64,000 bases of DNA. It comes from a virus. The position numbers and the translations under genes were made by a program. The stretch lies in IMG/VR virus record IMGVR_UViG_3300045988_129927. One strand, written 5' to 3'. Below, in pieces: positions 27,705-37,901 of the stretch. Position 1 is the first letter of the stretch; each line of letters opens with the position of its first letter. Under the pieces are notes generated by a model that made no database searches, was not told the DNA's origin, and saw only the letters and a list, made by a program, of their open reading frames with translations.

Positions 27705-28955
27705 ATGGATAAACATGTAAAAGATGTATTTAATGATTTGTGCGGGGAATTGTCCTTCGATAACAAATTAGGTGATAAAATTATTCGTTACATGAATAGT
27801 TTTATTTCCAAGAATGTAGAACATGCTTCTTTCTTTGGTGGTAATTTAACAGGTGTTTATGTGGTTAAATTTACTAATTCAGACCGAAGTGTTTGGTTTG
27901 ATGAAATTCTTAATATTAACGAAGAAGAACTCTTACCTAGACTCAATGAGATTATTAATCCAGTTTACTACGTAGTAGCGGGTGATGCATTTAATCTGAG
28001 TTGTGTCTGGTTAAGCCATATGTTCTACAAATCTTCTAAAATCAATGAAAAGCGTAAAAATGAGATAATGTCGGCTATTTATAATGTCTTACAATTTCGT
28101 TTTATCACTTCTCGTCTACAGAGACACTGGCCTTATCCTTGCTCTAAAGAAGTTGCCGAAGCAACATTAGCTGCGATGAGTAATAAATACGCCATTAAAC
28201 AAAAAGGCACTTGGATAAAAGTAGTACAAGACAGAAGTGACGATATTATTGACATGAAACACTCTATTCATCGACTAACGATTCAACGAATGGAACACGA
28301 TATTCGTAATACGGGTGAATCAGTAGGTTATTTGTTAACAGATACACAAGGTCGGAATAAGGCATTACTTAAAAACATTTACGGTTTACAAAAACAAGTC
28401 CAAGAGTCTGGGATGAGGGTGAACAGTACTTCTTCTACATTTATCGAGATGGATGGTGAAGCTGTTCTTAAGGATAAGGCAAATGCTTTGGAAACTTATC
28501 GTAATTACCTAGCTGGTGTTATACCTGATAAACCGAGTTTTATTAAACTGGATTTGATTTCTATTATTGAAAGTTCTAATAAGACAATGCCTGTTTCTAT
28601 GTTCAGAAGTACACTAAGTTGGATTAGTGATTCGTATGGTAAAGGTGATAAAGGTAAATTAGAGATTGATGAAGTGGTTAATAAAATCATGACACATCTA
28701 TTAACTTACTTAAACCAAAATAGAAATGCGATGAAAAATAAATCTGACATTAGTGGTTTAATCAGTAAAATGAAAGGTGTTTATACATCTTCTCGTAGTA
28801 CTGATGAGTTGTTATTATCCATCCGTGATGATGTGGAAGATATCGTTAAGAAAGCGACTAAGATTAAATCTGGTCCATCAATAGCAGCCACACGCACAGG
28901 GGTAATGTTATATATAGTACTGAGAGCCTTTACAATGCGTTATTATTCCAGCTAA
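27705..28955 (+). CDS. hypothetical protein (416 aa)
   Basis: ORF with an AAAGGACAG SD. Confidence 0.8.
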   Translation: MDKHVKDVFNDLCGELSFDNKLGDKIIRYMNSFISKNVEHASFFGGNLTGVYVVKFTNSDRSVWFDEILNINEEELLPRLNEIINPVYYVVAGDAFNLSCVWLSHMFYKSSKINEKRKNEIMSAIYNVLQFRFITSRLQRHWPYPCSKEVAEATLAAMSNKYAIKQKGTWIKVVQDRSDDIIDMKHSIHRLTIQRMEHDIRNTGESVGYLLTDTQGRNKALLKNIYGLQKQVQESGMRVNSTSSTFIEMDGEAVLKDKANALETYRNYLAGVIPDKPSFIKLDLISIIESSNKTMPVSMFRSTLSWISDSYGKGDKGKLEIDEVVNKIMTHLLTYLNQNRNAMKNKSDISGLISKMKGVYTSSRSTDELLLSIRDDVEDIVKKATKIKSGPSIAATRTGVMLYIVLRAFTMRYYSS

Positions 28956-28979
28956 GGGAACACATTCGAAAGGCGAATT

Positions 28980-29369
28980 ATGTGTCTAATAGAAAAACTA
29001 CTCTCAAAAAGTTTTAGTATAATGGATTACTTCTCTGGTAATAAAATATACTCAGAGGTAGATGAGCCTAATTGTGAAACCAATGTAAGAATTATTAATT
29101 ACGAAGGTTTTCCTTTAGAGATTCATGTTACTAAGAAACATTTTGTATTAGAGAGAACTGGTTGGTGGTTCTTTAAAAAGAAACATCTTATTCTTTATAG
29201 AGTTGATTGTGTTAAATCTTGGGATTTACCTATTACTTCTACTGTCTTAAAACAACCTGTCTATATACCTCGTTTGTTATCAAGACTATTAGGTGAAGAA
29301 AAACAAATTAATGCGGTAATTTCAGCTTATTTAGATATTCAAATAACCAGAATCAAAAACAATAAATAA
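28980..29369 (+). CDS. hypothetical protein (129 aa)
   Basis: ORF; weaker start context. Confidence 0.6.
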   Translation: MCLIEKLLSKSFSIMDYFSGNKIYSEVDEPNCETNVRIINYEGFPLEIHVTKKHFVLERTGWWFFKKKHLILYRVDCVKSWDLPITSTVLKQPVYIPRLLSRLLGEEKQINAVISAYLDIQITRIKNNK

Positions 29370-29378
29370 AAAAAAAAT

Positions 29379-29416
29379 AATAATACTATCGGGGTCAACA
29401 CCTCGATAGTATTATT
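29379..29416 (+). terminator. stem-loop terminator
   Basis: aataatactatcgggg / cctcgatagtattatt, 16-bp stem with one G-U pair. Confidence 0.6.
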
Positions 29417-29488
29417 CCTATTTTATACGTAAATACGACGATTTGGTTATATTTTTGAAATGTGCTTTTATACTTAAAGGATAATATC

Positions 29489-31825
29489 ATGATATTATTT
29501 TTACAAGACTGGATTAAATATCCTAATGCTATTGTCCATACTTCGACTAAAAACCAGTCGTTTATTGATTTAGCAAACATTTATAAAAAGATGGGGATTA
29601 AGAACTACTACTTCCATTTACAATTACACGATAGACGTTTAGAGTTTGTAGACCCTTACGACCCTAATTTAACACAAGAACAAAAGATTTGGATTGCTGC
29701 TGAATGTGCGATTAATCCATTTTATTATTTTAGAGAAATTGCGCCTACTCCTGAGGGTAATCTTAAAAATAGATTTAGGGCTAATAGGGCGAATATCTCT
29801 TTATTTTGGTCATTCTTTAATAACTGCCAATATCTATTAATTCAACCACGTCAGACTGGTAAGTCTTATTCGACAGACGTACTCATGACTTATCTTCTAA
29901 ACTTCAGTACTGGTTTACGTATGTTACTGTATACAAAAGATAGACCTCTGGCTGTTAAGAACGTGATTCGTTTACGTAAGCTATTTGAGCGTATGCCTAA
30001 ATGGTTAAATCGAATGACTAAAAAAGACAGTAATAACCAAGAAACCATTACTGTATTAGATAGACGTAATTACTACAATACTATTGTGGCACAAGACTCT
30101 GTAGAAGATGCGGATAAAAAAGGTCGTGGTGATACTGTAGAAATTCGACATTGTGACGAGATTGCGTATTGTAAGAATAACTTTATTACCATTCCTACCA
30201 TGGGTTCTGCGATGAACGCGGCAAAAGATGATGCGATGCGCGAAGGTAAGTTTACTGGTTCTATCTTTACTACAACTGCTGGTAAGAAGGACTCACCTGA
30301 AGGTAAATGGGCATATGAACTATTCATGGAATCTGCACAATGGGATGAAAAATATCTTGATTGTAAAGATGTGGTTGAATTTGAGAAAATGGTTCGTAAA
30401 GACTCTAACCCACAATCTGAAATTGCTAAGATTACAGGTACGTTCAGTATCCAAGGAACATTCTCTCATCGTCAAATGGGTTATACGGATGAATGGTTGA
30501 TTAATAAGATTGTAGAGAACAGGGTTTCTCCTGAAGCAGCTCTTCGAGATTATTATAACGTTTGGACTTCTGGTAACGAAGTTTCTCCATTTACCACAAA
30601 ACAATTACAAATGATGACCAACAGTAAGATGGAACCTGTATATCGTGATATTGGTACCAATGGCTTAACTGTTAAATGGTATTATAGTCAAGATGAAATT
30701 AGCCATATGATGAATACTGTTCCTGTTATTGTAGGTATGGATAGTAGTTCTAATGTAGGTAGAGACTCTACGACATTGACTTTCGTTAATGCGATTAATC
30801 TTGAAATTATTGGATGTGCTGATTGTAATAATGTTAACTTATATAATTACGCTCAATGGTTAGCTGACTTAATGATACGTTATCCTAAGATACTTATTGT
30901 TCCAGAGAATAAGTCTTCAGCACAAGGTATTATCGATTACTTAATCGAGGTGTTACCTAGTTACAATATTGACCCATTTAAACGTGTGTTTAATATTGTG
31001 GTCAATGAACGTGATTCTAATCCACGTCGATTTGATACCATGGATTCACATCCTAGCCGTATGTCTATTGCTAACCAATACAGACCTTTATTTGGTTACA
31101 TGACTACAGGTACAGGTCGTTATACTCGTAATAACTTGTATAATGAAACATTGTATCGTGCTGTCGATATTGTTGCAGATAAGATTAAAGATGCTAGATT
31201 GGTAGATGAACTATTAGGTCTTGTCGTAATGGATGGTCGCATTGACCACTTGAAAGGTAAACATGATGACCAAGTAATTAGTTGGTTATTGGCTTGTTGG
31301 TTTATCTTCAATGCTCGTAATGTATTCTATTACGATATCATCAAGCAAAGATTCTTATCTGATGTAGTTGAAGCAGGTACTGCTGTAGACCCAGCTAAAC
31401 TAGCATACAATCGTGAACAAGAAAATATTCGTAATAAGATTGAATCTCTTTATAATGATTTAAATAACACTGATGATTATTTTGAATTTAGTAAGATTGA
31501 GAAATCTATTCGATTATTGGAACAACGATTAAATCCAGAAGAACGTAATAAGATTATTGGTATGTCCGATATGATTAACGAATTGAAAGAAAACCGTAAG
31601 ATTAACATGATGAAACAATCACCTGTTATTGTGGATAATATCTTAGGTAGTTTAGATTCTATTCGTACTGAAGCGATGTTAAGCAATAAAGCCAATTACT
31701 TTGGTAGAAATGATATGTTCGGATTTGGTAGTTATAATGGTAATATTAATACTACTTATAATGCCAATGTTAACACTACGTATTCTTCTGATATCGATAG
31801 CTTAGATTATTGGAATTCTTTATAA
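29489..31825 (+). CDS. terminase large subunit
   Basis: Walker A LIQPRQTGKSYS; Walker B-like VEIRHCDEIAY; nuclease-domain VIVGMDSS and GKHDDQVISWLLA motifs. Start moved from GTG 29462 to ATG 29489, which has an AAAGGA SD. Confidence 0.85.
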   Translation: MILFLQDWIKYPNAIVHTSTKNQSFIDLANIYKKMGIKNYYFHLQLHDRRLEFVDPYDPNLTQEQKIWIAAECAINPFYYFREIAPTPEGNLKNRFRANRANISLFWSFFNNCQYLLIQPRQTGKSYSTDVLMTYLLNFSTGLRMLLYTKDRPLAVKNVIRLRKLFERMPKWLNRMTKKDSNNQETITVLDRRNYYNTIVAQDSVEDADKKGRGDTVEIRHCDEIAYCKNNFITIPTMGSAMNAAKDDAMREGKFTGSIFTTTAGKKDSPEGKWAYELFMESAQWDEKYLDCKDVVEFEKMVRKDSNPQSEIAKITGTFSIQGTFSHRQMGYTDEWLINKIVENRVSPEAALRDYYNVWTSGNEVSPFTTKQLQMMTNSKMEPVYRDIGTNGLTVKWYYSQDEISHMMNTVPVIVGMDSSSNVGRDSTTLTFVNAINLEIIGCADCNNVNLYNYAQWLADLMIRYPKILIVPENKSSAQGIIDYLIEVLPSYNIDPFKRVFNIVVNERDSNPRRFDTMDSHPSRMSIANQYRPLFGYMTTGTGRYTRNNLYNETLYRAVDIVADKIKDARLVDELLGLVVMDGRIDHLKGKHDDQVISWLLACWFIFNARNVFYYDIIKQRFLSDVVEAGTAVDPAKLAYNREQENIRNKIESLYNDLNNTDDYFEFSKIEKSIRLLEQRLNPEERNKIIGMSDMINELKENRKINMMKQSPVIVDNILGSLDSIRTEAMLSNKANYFGRNDMFGFGSYNGNINTTYNANVNTTYSSDIDSLDYWNSL

Positions 31826-31842
31826 AACATAAAACCCTAGTC

Positions 31843-31870
31843 CCTCTAGTACTCTTAGGAGTACTAGAGG
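31843..31870 (+). terminator. stem-loop terminator after the terminase gene
   Basis: cctctagtactc / gagtactagagg, perfect 12-bp stem with 4-nt loop. Confidence 0.6.
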
Positions 31871-32176
31871 CTATAGGCTTGGAGAGAAATCATGTATTTC
31901 AAACGATAAGTGGATCAAGTTTATTCAAATTGACCCGCGCCATCTTAACTAGCACGATGCTTTCTCAACCCCACACTTATCCCGAAGTTACGTGTAAGAT
32001 ATCAAAAACACAGATGGCTGCATTATGCTAATCGGAGTTCCTCTATATGCTATCCTAATCCTCGGGAAAGAAAGATATATACAGAGCACGAAATAGGAGA
32101 GCTACTTTCTATTTCATATAAAAGTAGTTTCTAATAAAATAATTTAAGTAACTTACGATACAGAGTATCTAAGTCG
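31871..32176. other. ORF-free, G+C-elevated block bracketed by the terminators of two convergent genes; candidate ncRNA or cis-acting element
   Basis: About 300 bp with no credible ORF (the track ORF 31810..32031 overlaps the terminase end and a terminator). Composition is unlike the AT-rich spacers elsewhere. Local helix ctacttt/aaagtag. Confidence 0.3.
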
Positions 32177-32194
32177 CTTGAATTATAAAATAAT

Positions 32195-33946
32195 TCAAGT
32201 AATAATCACAGGCATTGGTGCAATAGAATAGTAGACATCATTGTCTTGGGTTCTACTGAAGAACAATACCTTAACCACATCTGTTGCAGTTACTTGAGCA
32301 TTAACTTGTAATTCTGTATTCCATTTACGAATTGGGAATTCATACTCATTGTTTTTAATGATTAACTTAAACATATTTGGTTTTGGTGCATTAGGTTCAC
32401 GACTGGTACGATATTGTGGTTTGGTAGTGTAATACACTTTCTCTAACCATTCTTCTAGTACAGTTTGACCACAAGAAATATTATATCTATAATCAGTAGC
32501 AGAAGCAATACGTACTTGACAGATGATGTTCTCACCATAAGCTGGATTCTGATAAGCGTCAAAACCTAATAGGAATCGATCACCTGAAGCATCAGATGCA
32601 GGTCTTAACAAACGAATATCAACTGTTTGTGGGTGGATATGTTCTCTAAATGTATTGTTAATTACACCTAAATCAATCGCAACATCTAATTGTTGCAATG
32701 GGCCAAATAGTTTACCATTTAGGCTTCTATTTGGACTATTCTGGGTAATGTATACACTATTGGTTACATCCAACCATTGGTTTCTATCTAATGTAAATAA
32801 GTACCAGTCAAGCTGATAACCAATATCGTTATTAATCCACTTAGGTACAGGATAGAGCTTAACAGAATAAGCGCCATCTCGCTCAACGATTGTATAGTTA
32901 AACGAACGTACAATTAAGTGTCGGTTATTGTTATTAATAACATGCACTGATTTCTCATTATCTGCTAAGTAGTATACTAAAGATAAAGAACCTTTAGTAG
33001 AAGCTACAGATTCAGCAGCTTTATCCAAATACAGTAATTCAAACTTATTACCATCTACTGGATAAGTAATGGTAGAACCATCTGAGTAATGTACTTTACC
33101 CATTAAGTTAATAGAGTTTTTCAATACTTGTTCTGGAATCAGAAGATTAGAATCATCTGTAGAATCGATATAGAATGACTCAAGAGAAATGTTATTAATA
33201 AACTTATCTGCATCTGATACATCGCGCAGTAATGCCGAATACTCAACAATCCAGTTAGTACGTGAACACAAACCACCACGGTCATCGTAAATCAAGATAA
33301 GAATCATCTCACCTTCTTCTAACTCATGTGTACAGTAGAAATCTGGGATATACCACTGAGTGTGATTATTAGAATCACGTTGTGCAACAGGCATTAATGG
33401 GATTTCGTTACCAATAAAGTTAAAGCTTTGGTCGTATCGAGCTGAAATAGCTAAACCACCTTGACCAGCAATAGTTCCCTTATAAGCAACTGCGTGGTGA
33501 GGCGTTGTACCTTGAATGTGGAATTGAGATGGAATCTTTAGTGTAGGACGTGCGACAGAATTATCGTAGAAAATCTGACGTGAGCAAGGTGTAGCTAATG
33601 TACCACCTGCAAAGAATCGCCCTTCTTCAGAAGTCATTTCATCAACCGCAATTTTATTGGATTGAATCAATCGTAATTCAGGTACTTGTGTGGTTGGGTC
33701 AATAGACATTACTTTATAAACTTTAGGTGGTTCTAAGCTAATGTCTTCAACATAATCATTTACTTTAGGAATCCATTTACGGTGGCCTTCTCGACCTAAA
33801 TAGATATCGTGCATTGCCCAGCGTCGCCATGTCTGGGTATCATCGTAAATAGGCGGTTCACCGTCAATACCTACGATTGATGTATCCACAGCATGGTTTC
33901 TGGCATACACAGGTAGATTAGTTGGAATGTCCGTTGGACTAGGCAT
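32195..33946 (-). CDS. hypothetical protein (583 aa), possibly a virion or tail component by position
   Basis: Long ORF overlapping the upstream ORF by 8 nt; located in the sheath/terminase neighbourhood. Confidence 0.8.
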   Translation of the reverse strand: MPSPTDIPTNLPVYARNHAVDTSIVGIDGEPPIYDDTQTWRRWAMHDIYLGREGHRKWIPKVNDYVEDISLEPPKVYKVMSIDPTTQVPELRLIQSNKIAVDEMTSEEGRFFAGGTLATPCSRQIFYDNSVARPTLKIPSQFHIQGTTPHHAVAYKGTIAGQGGLAISARYDQSFNFIGNEIPLMPVAQRDSNNHTQWYIPDFYCTHELEEGEMILILIYDDRGGLCSRTNWIVEYSALLRDVSDADKFINNISLESFYIDSTDDSNLLIPEQVLKNSINLMGKVHYSDGSTITYPVDGNKFELLYLDKAAESVASTKGSLSLVYYLADNEKSVHVINNNNRHLIVRSFNYTIVERDGAYSVKLYPVPKWINNDIGYQLDWYLFTLDRNQWLDVTNSVYITQNSPNRSLNGKLFGPLQQLDVAIDLGVINNTFREHIHPQTVDIRLLRPASDASGDRFLLGFDAYQNPAYGENIICQVRIASATDYRYNISCGQTVLEEWLEKVYYTTKPQYRTSREPNAPKPNMFKLIIKNNEYEFPIRKWNTELQVNAQVTATDVVKVLFFSRTQDNDVYYSIAPMPVIIT

Positions 33947-36680
33947 GTTGTTCTCCTATTCTTACAAAATGAGATAATTCAATACTGTTTCGATAATAGA
34001 TACGAACGACTTGTTTTAACCATCTCATCTGGTGATAAGTAATGTCTGTAATCGTATTCTTATAAACCGGATGGATAGTTACGTGTTTCAAACTAATTGC
34101 ATCCAGTTTAAATGATGGTTCAATTTTAAAGAACTCTTGATAATTAGCTTCCATGTAATCAATGATTTCTTGGTCTAAGTATCTAGATTCCATATTAGGG
34201 AAGTCAACCAGATTCTCCGATAAATCGTAAATCAAACGACTTAATAGTGGAGAGAACAATTTATACAATCCATGAATTGGTGGATTGGTGGTTGTCCTTT
34301 GTTCTGGTAATAACATAGTCATGTAATCAGAAATCTTCTTATCTAATACTTCAGCTTCTTTCTTAAACTGATAAGCATCTTTAGGATAAGTATCTCGTTT
34401 ACCAGAAATCACGTCAACAATTTCGTATGGTTTACCTTCTAATACATCTCTTCGTTTAGGAATCACCAAACCATCTTCAGAGAAACCTAAGTCCTCTTTT
34501 GCAATAATACCATTACCTACTTTAATTAAAAGATTCTTTTCTTCCAAAATATCCCATCTATTATTCTTCGACAGCATACCATTGTTTACATAACCGACTT
34601 GTCTGTTGGCATTTAAAATACCAGTCAGTTGAGTAATGGTACGTTTATCTACTGTAGTATGGTTTTTCGTATCAGGGAAACCATACATTCTAAATGTAAT
34701 CTTTTGTTTTTCTAAACTAAAGTCAATACAGCCTTTACTGATAATATGGACTTTAGGAAAGTCTACGAAGTAATCAATACCTTCAATTAAAGCATAACCA
34801 TTTAAGAATACGTCTAAATACCCGTAGGGTACTTTAACAGGTTGTTCTTTTAACTTCTCTTCGTCAATATCTTGATAAACTTGAGTAAGTGTGAAAGATA
34901 AGTTATTCTTCACTACTCTTGCTTCTACATCTCGACACAAAAAGTCATCGTCTGTACGATAAATAAAGTATTTATCTACTGTATTGTACATAGGTTCACG
35001 AGAAGACGGTGTTTCGTATTTATCACTTAACCAAATCTTAGTTTCATCTGTTTGTTCGTCGTATGATTTATTTAACATTACTTTATCAGTAATGTCTTCC
35101 CAAACAGTATAGTCATTTTGGTTTTCGTTCAATAACTCTTTCTTACATCCGTAGAATCGATATTCTGAATCTTTACTAGCAATAGTAAACTTATTCTTAC
35201 CTTCACCAAAGTAATGGTATGGTTGTCGTGTACCTACACCACCAATAAATTCAACATATCGTGTACGTGAATCTTCAACTGGATATTGATTATAATTACC
35301 TAGTCGAGACCATTTCAATAGTTTACCATTTTCATCGTATTCGAAAATAGTAGATTTGTGCCTAAAGGTATAAGGCACATTAACTACTTTACCACCTAAA
35401 CCATCATCAACAAAATCTTTATAAGGATGTACTGATTTTGCAGTATACCAAGTAACAGCATTGTAACCATAAGCATTTTGAATACGTTCAAGATCGCAAA
35501 TAGGTTTATCCAAAGAGACTAACTTCATTAAATCAGAATTCTCTAATACATCAGCACGCCATTCTTGGATATTTGAATTTACACCTAATAAAGCAGCTGT
35601 ACGATTACGGTAAGGTAGTTTATTTAACTCGTGTAATCGATGTGCATTGTAAGGGAATCTGATGTTACGATATTGTTTACGGTAATGTACTTGGAATACA
35701 ATTCTACCTTGTGCTTGGTCAATAAACTCATGGTCATGAATTAACTCTTTAACCAAGTTAGTGCTGATTGAGAAATCGCAATTAGTTACTTGACGTACAT
35801 TGGATATATTGTTACGATGTAGTAATACGCCTTTGAACATCTTAGGAGTGTTATTGTGGTAGAATGATAAGTAGAAATCACAATCGTCAAAATATTCAAA
35901 TGTATTAGAACGATAAGATTTATCATGGGTAAATAAATACTTACGAATACCGTCTAATAAAGATTTAAATGTAGGTGTTTGATTTATGTTAATTTCTACT
36001 GTTTTGTAAATAGTCGAATCGTAAATAATCTCAACCACATCGCCTTCCAAGATAGGATAAGAAATAGGATTATCTACAATATAGCCGTTAATATACGTAA
36101 ACATCTTACCTGGTTTTCTTTCGTACTTACGATAGAAATCGCTAATAATAGTACGTTGAGACATCCTGATTAATTTAAGATATAAGATATCTGTTTTATC
36201 AGCTGGTTGGTTTGGACCAGGTGTTGTATGTAATGCATTTCGATAAGTTCGAAATGTAATGTCTTCTTTATCCATATCCCAAGGGATTTTTGTTTCTTCT
36301 CGGATAATAATAACAATATTCTTCTCTACTGTAGTCGTAAAGTAAATATGTGTTAAAGGAATCATAATGCCTTTTACTGTATAGAACTGGAACAACACAT
36401 TGGTTTCTTTACAGTATTCTGCCATGTTCACCCATTCTGAACGTTCTGGGTATTCTATAAAAGGCAGATTAACAATAGGTTCAAATACTTGTCCTAATAC
36501 ATAAGCATGATATCTATCGTATTTAGTAGGTAAGTTATAGTCTTCCGAGAAAATTTGGACGTGGTTACGCGCACCGCCAAATGGCGTAATTCTAGCAGGT
36601 CGAATAATCGATTGATTATCTTGGTGAGGCGCACCCCAAAGGTTATAGATAAAATGACCGATAAGATAAGGTACCTTCAT
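33939..36680 (-). CDS. hypothetical protein (913 aa), possibly a virion or tail component by position
   Basis: Very long ORF, translationally coupled to its neighbours. Confidence 0.85.
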   Translation of the reverse strand: MKVPYLIGHFIYNLWGAPHQDNQSIIRPARITPFGGARNHVQIFSEDYNLPTKYDRYHAYVLGQVFEPIVNLPFIEYPERSEWVNMAEYCKETNVLFQFYTVKGIMIPLTHIYFTTTVEKNIVIIIREETKIPWDMDKEDITFRTYRNALHTTPGPNQPADKTDILYLKLIRMSQRTIISDFYRKYERKPGKMFTYINGYIVDNPISYPILEGDVVEIIYDSTIYKTVEININQTPTFKSLLDGIRKYLFTHDKSYRSNTFEYFDDCDFYLSFYHNNTPKMFKGVLLHRNNISNVRQVTNCDFSISTNLVKELIHDHEFIDQAQGRIVFQVHYRKQYRNIRFPYNAHRLHELNKLPYRNRTAALLGVNSNIQEWRADVLENSDLMKLVSLDKPICDLERIQNAYGYNAVTWYTAKSVHPYKDFVDDGLGGKVVNVPYTFRHKSTIFEYDENGKLLKWSRLGNYNQYPVEDSRTRYVEFIGGVGTRQPYHYFGEGKNKFTIASKDSEYRFYGCKKELLNENQNDYTVWEDITDKVMLNKSYDEQTDETKIWLSDKYETPSSREPMYNTVDKYFIYRTDDDFLCRDVEARVVKNNLSFTLTQVYQDIDEEKLKEQPVKVPYGYLDVFLNGYALIEGIDYFVDFPKVHIISKGCIDFSLEKQKITFRMYGFPDTKNHTTVDKRTITQLTGILNANRQVGYVNNGMLSKNNRWDILEEKNLLIKVGNGIIAKEDLGFSEDGLVIPKRRDVLEGKPYEIVDVISGKRDTYPKDAYQFKKEAEVLDKKISDYMTMLLPEQRTTTNPPIHGLYKLFSPLLSRLIYDLSENLVDFPNMESRYLDQEIIDYMEANYQEFFKIEPSFKLDAISLKHVTIHPVYKNTITDITYHQMRWLKQVVRIYYRNSIELSHFVRIGEQHA

Positions 36681-36702
36681 CTTCTTTTATCCTTTCAGTA
36701 TC

Positions 36703-37608
36703 TTATCGTCCAGTTACAATACCATTGACACCTAGGACGAATTGTTGTTTATCTCTTGAGAAATTTCTTAATGCGATTTTAGTCAAACCAGCATTCTTAA
36801 ATGGTTGCTCTGTCAAGCACATTGCTAAAACAGCAATAAATGTAGGAATGTGTTCCATGGAGATGGAGAGTAATTCCATCTTATCTAAACCTACCCAAAC
36901 TGCACTATTTAAATTCTTAGCAATTGTAGTGTAGAACATACCGATATTCAAACCTTTTAATGTAGGGTTATCAATCTTCTCATGTACATCTTTAATAAAA
37001 TCATCTACAGATTTATAAACCAAACCATTTACATATCGTGTAATATAAGTCGCAGGGATATTAATATCACGAGAGAGTTTAGCAATCACTGCTTGAAGTT
37101 CTAAGTCACCAATAACTTCTTGTTCGCTAAGCATAGAGTAATATAACCATGCGCCTAATACACGCAGTGTAACAATATCATCTGGACCACAATGAAACGC
37201 CATAGAGATAGCATTGGTAATCAAATCGGAATAAGTCTTCATGGCATTTTGAGACAATGATTTAATAGCACGTGGACCATTCTCTACTAAATCTGAAGTC
37301 AAACCACTACGCAGTGTTTGTAAGGTATAAAGACTACGGTTACCTACAGTGTATTCACCAGGTTGCATTTCACGTACAAATGCTGTTAAGTCTGTTGCAA
37401 CATATTTTAAATTACGACCTAAGTCAACCACTACAGGATGGTCAAATTTAGGGATGATGTCATTTGGGTAAATTAAAATAATACGGTTATTTTCATCTAC
37501 TTTAATCCAAGGGTAGTTCTGTGCTAAAGCAGTACGAATCTTTTCTTCTACACCTTTAATATTTAATACTTTACCAATGGTGGTTTCGTAAGGAGATTGA
37601 TAAATCAT
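36703..37608 (-). CDS. hypothetical protein (301 aa)
   Basis: ORF; first gene of a minus-strand string divergent from the sheath gene. Confidence 0.8.
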   Translation of the reverse strand: MIYQSPYETTIGKVLNIKGVEEKIRTALAQNYPWIKVDENNRIILIYPNDIIPKFDHPVVVDLGRNLKYVATDLTAFVREMQPGEYTVGNRSLYTLQTLRSGLTSDLVENGPRAIKSLSQNAMKTYSDLITNAISMAFHCGPDDIVTLRVLGAWLYYSMLSEQEVIGDLELQAVIAKLSRDINIPATYITRYVNGLVYKSVDDFIKDVHEKIDNPTLKGLNIGMFYTTIAKNLNSAVWVGLDKMELLSISMEHIPTFIAVLAMCLTEQPFKNAGLTKIALRNFSRDKQQFVLGVNGIVTGR

Positions 37609-37901
37609 TTTCAGTATCCTTTAAAATTAAAAAAATAATGTTTATTTTAGCTAAAATACCTACTGTTTCAAATAGGCTACATTCATACTTTCTACTTTTA
37701 TTTATTGCAATTTAATTATAAATAAATTTAATACTGTTTATATATATCAGTATTTCATTTTGATTATTATGAATGTCGAACTGCTCGTTTGATTTCAAAT
37801 ACCATTTAAAAGGATTGTGTGCACACACTCTTTACTATTCAGTTTAAAATGGTAAAACGACTTTTACACTAAATTATAAACCAAAATATGGAGACTCTGA
37901 A

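Noticed and set aside
29395-29580. 61-aa minus-strand ORF opposite the terminase start
   Set aside because: It spans the terminator hairpin and the terminase RBS and start, making it an antisense artefact.
31810-32031. 73-aa plus-strand ORF in the terminase-downstream spacer
   Set aside because: It starts inside the terminase 3' end, runs through the terminator hairpin and has no SD. The region is treated instead as a noncoding candidate.
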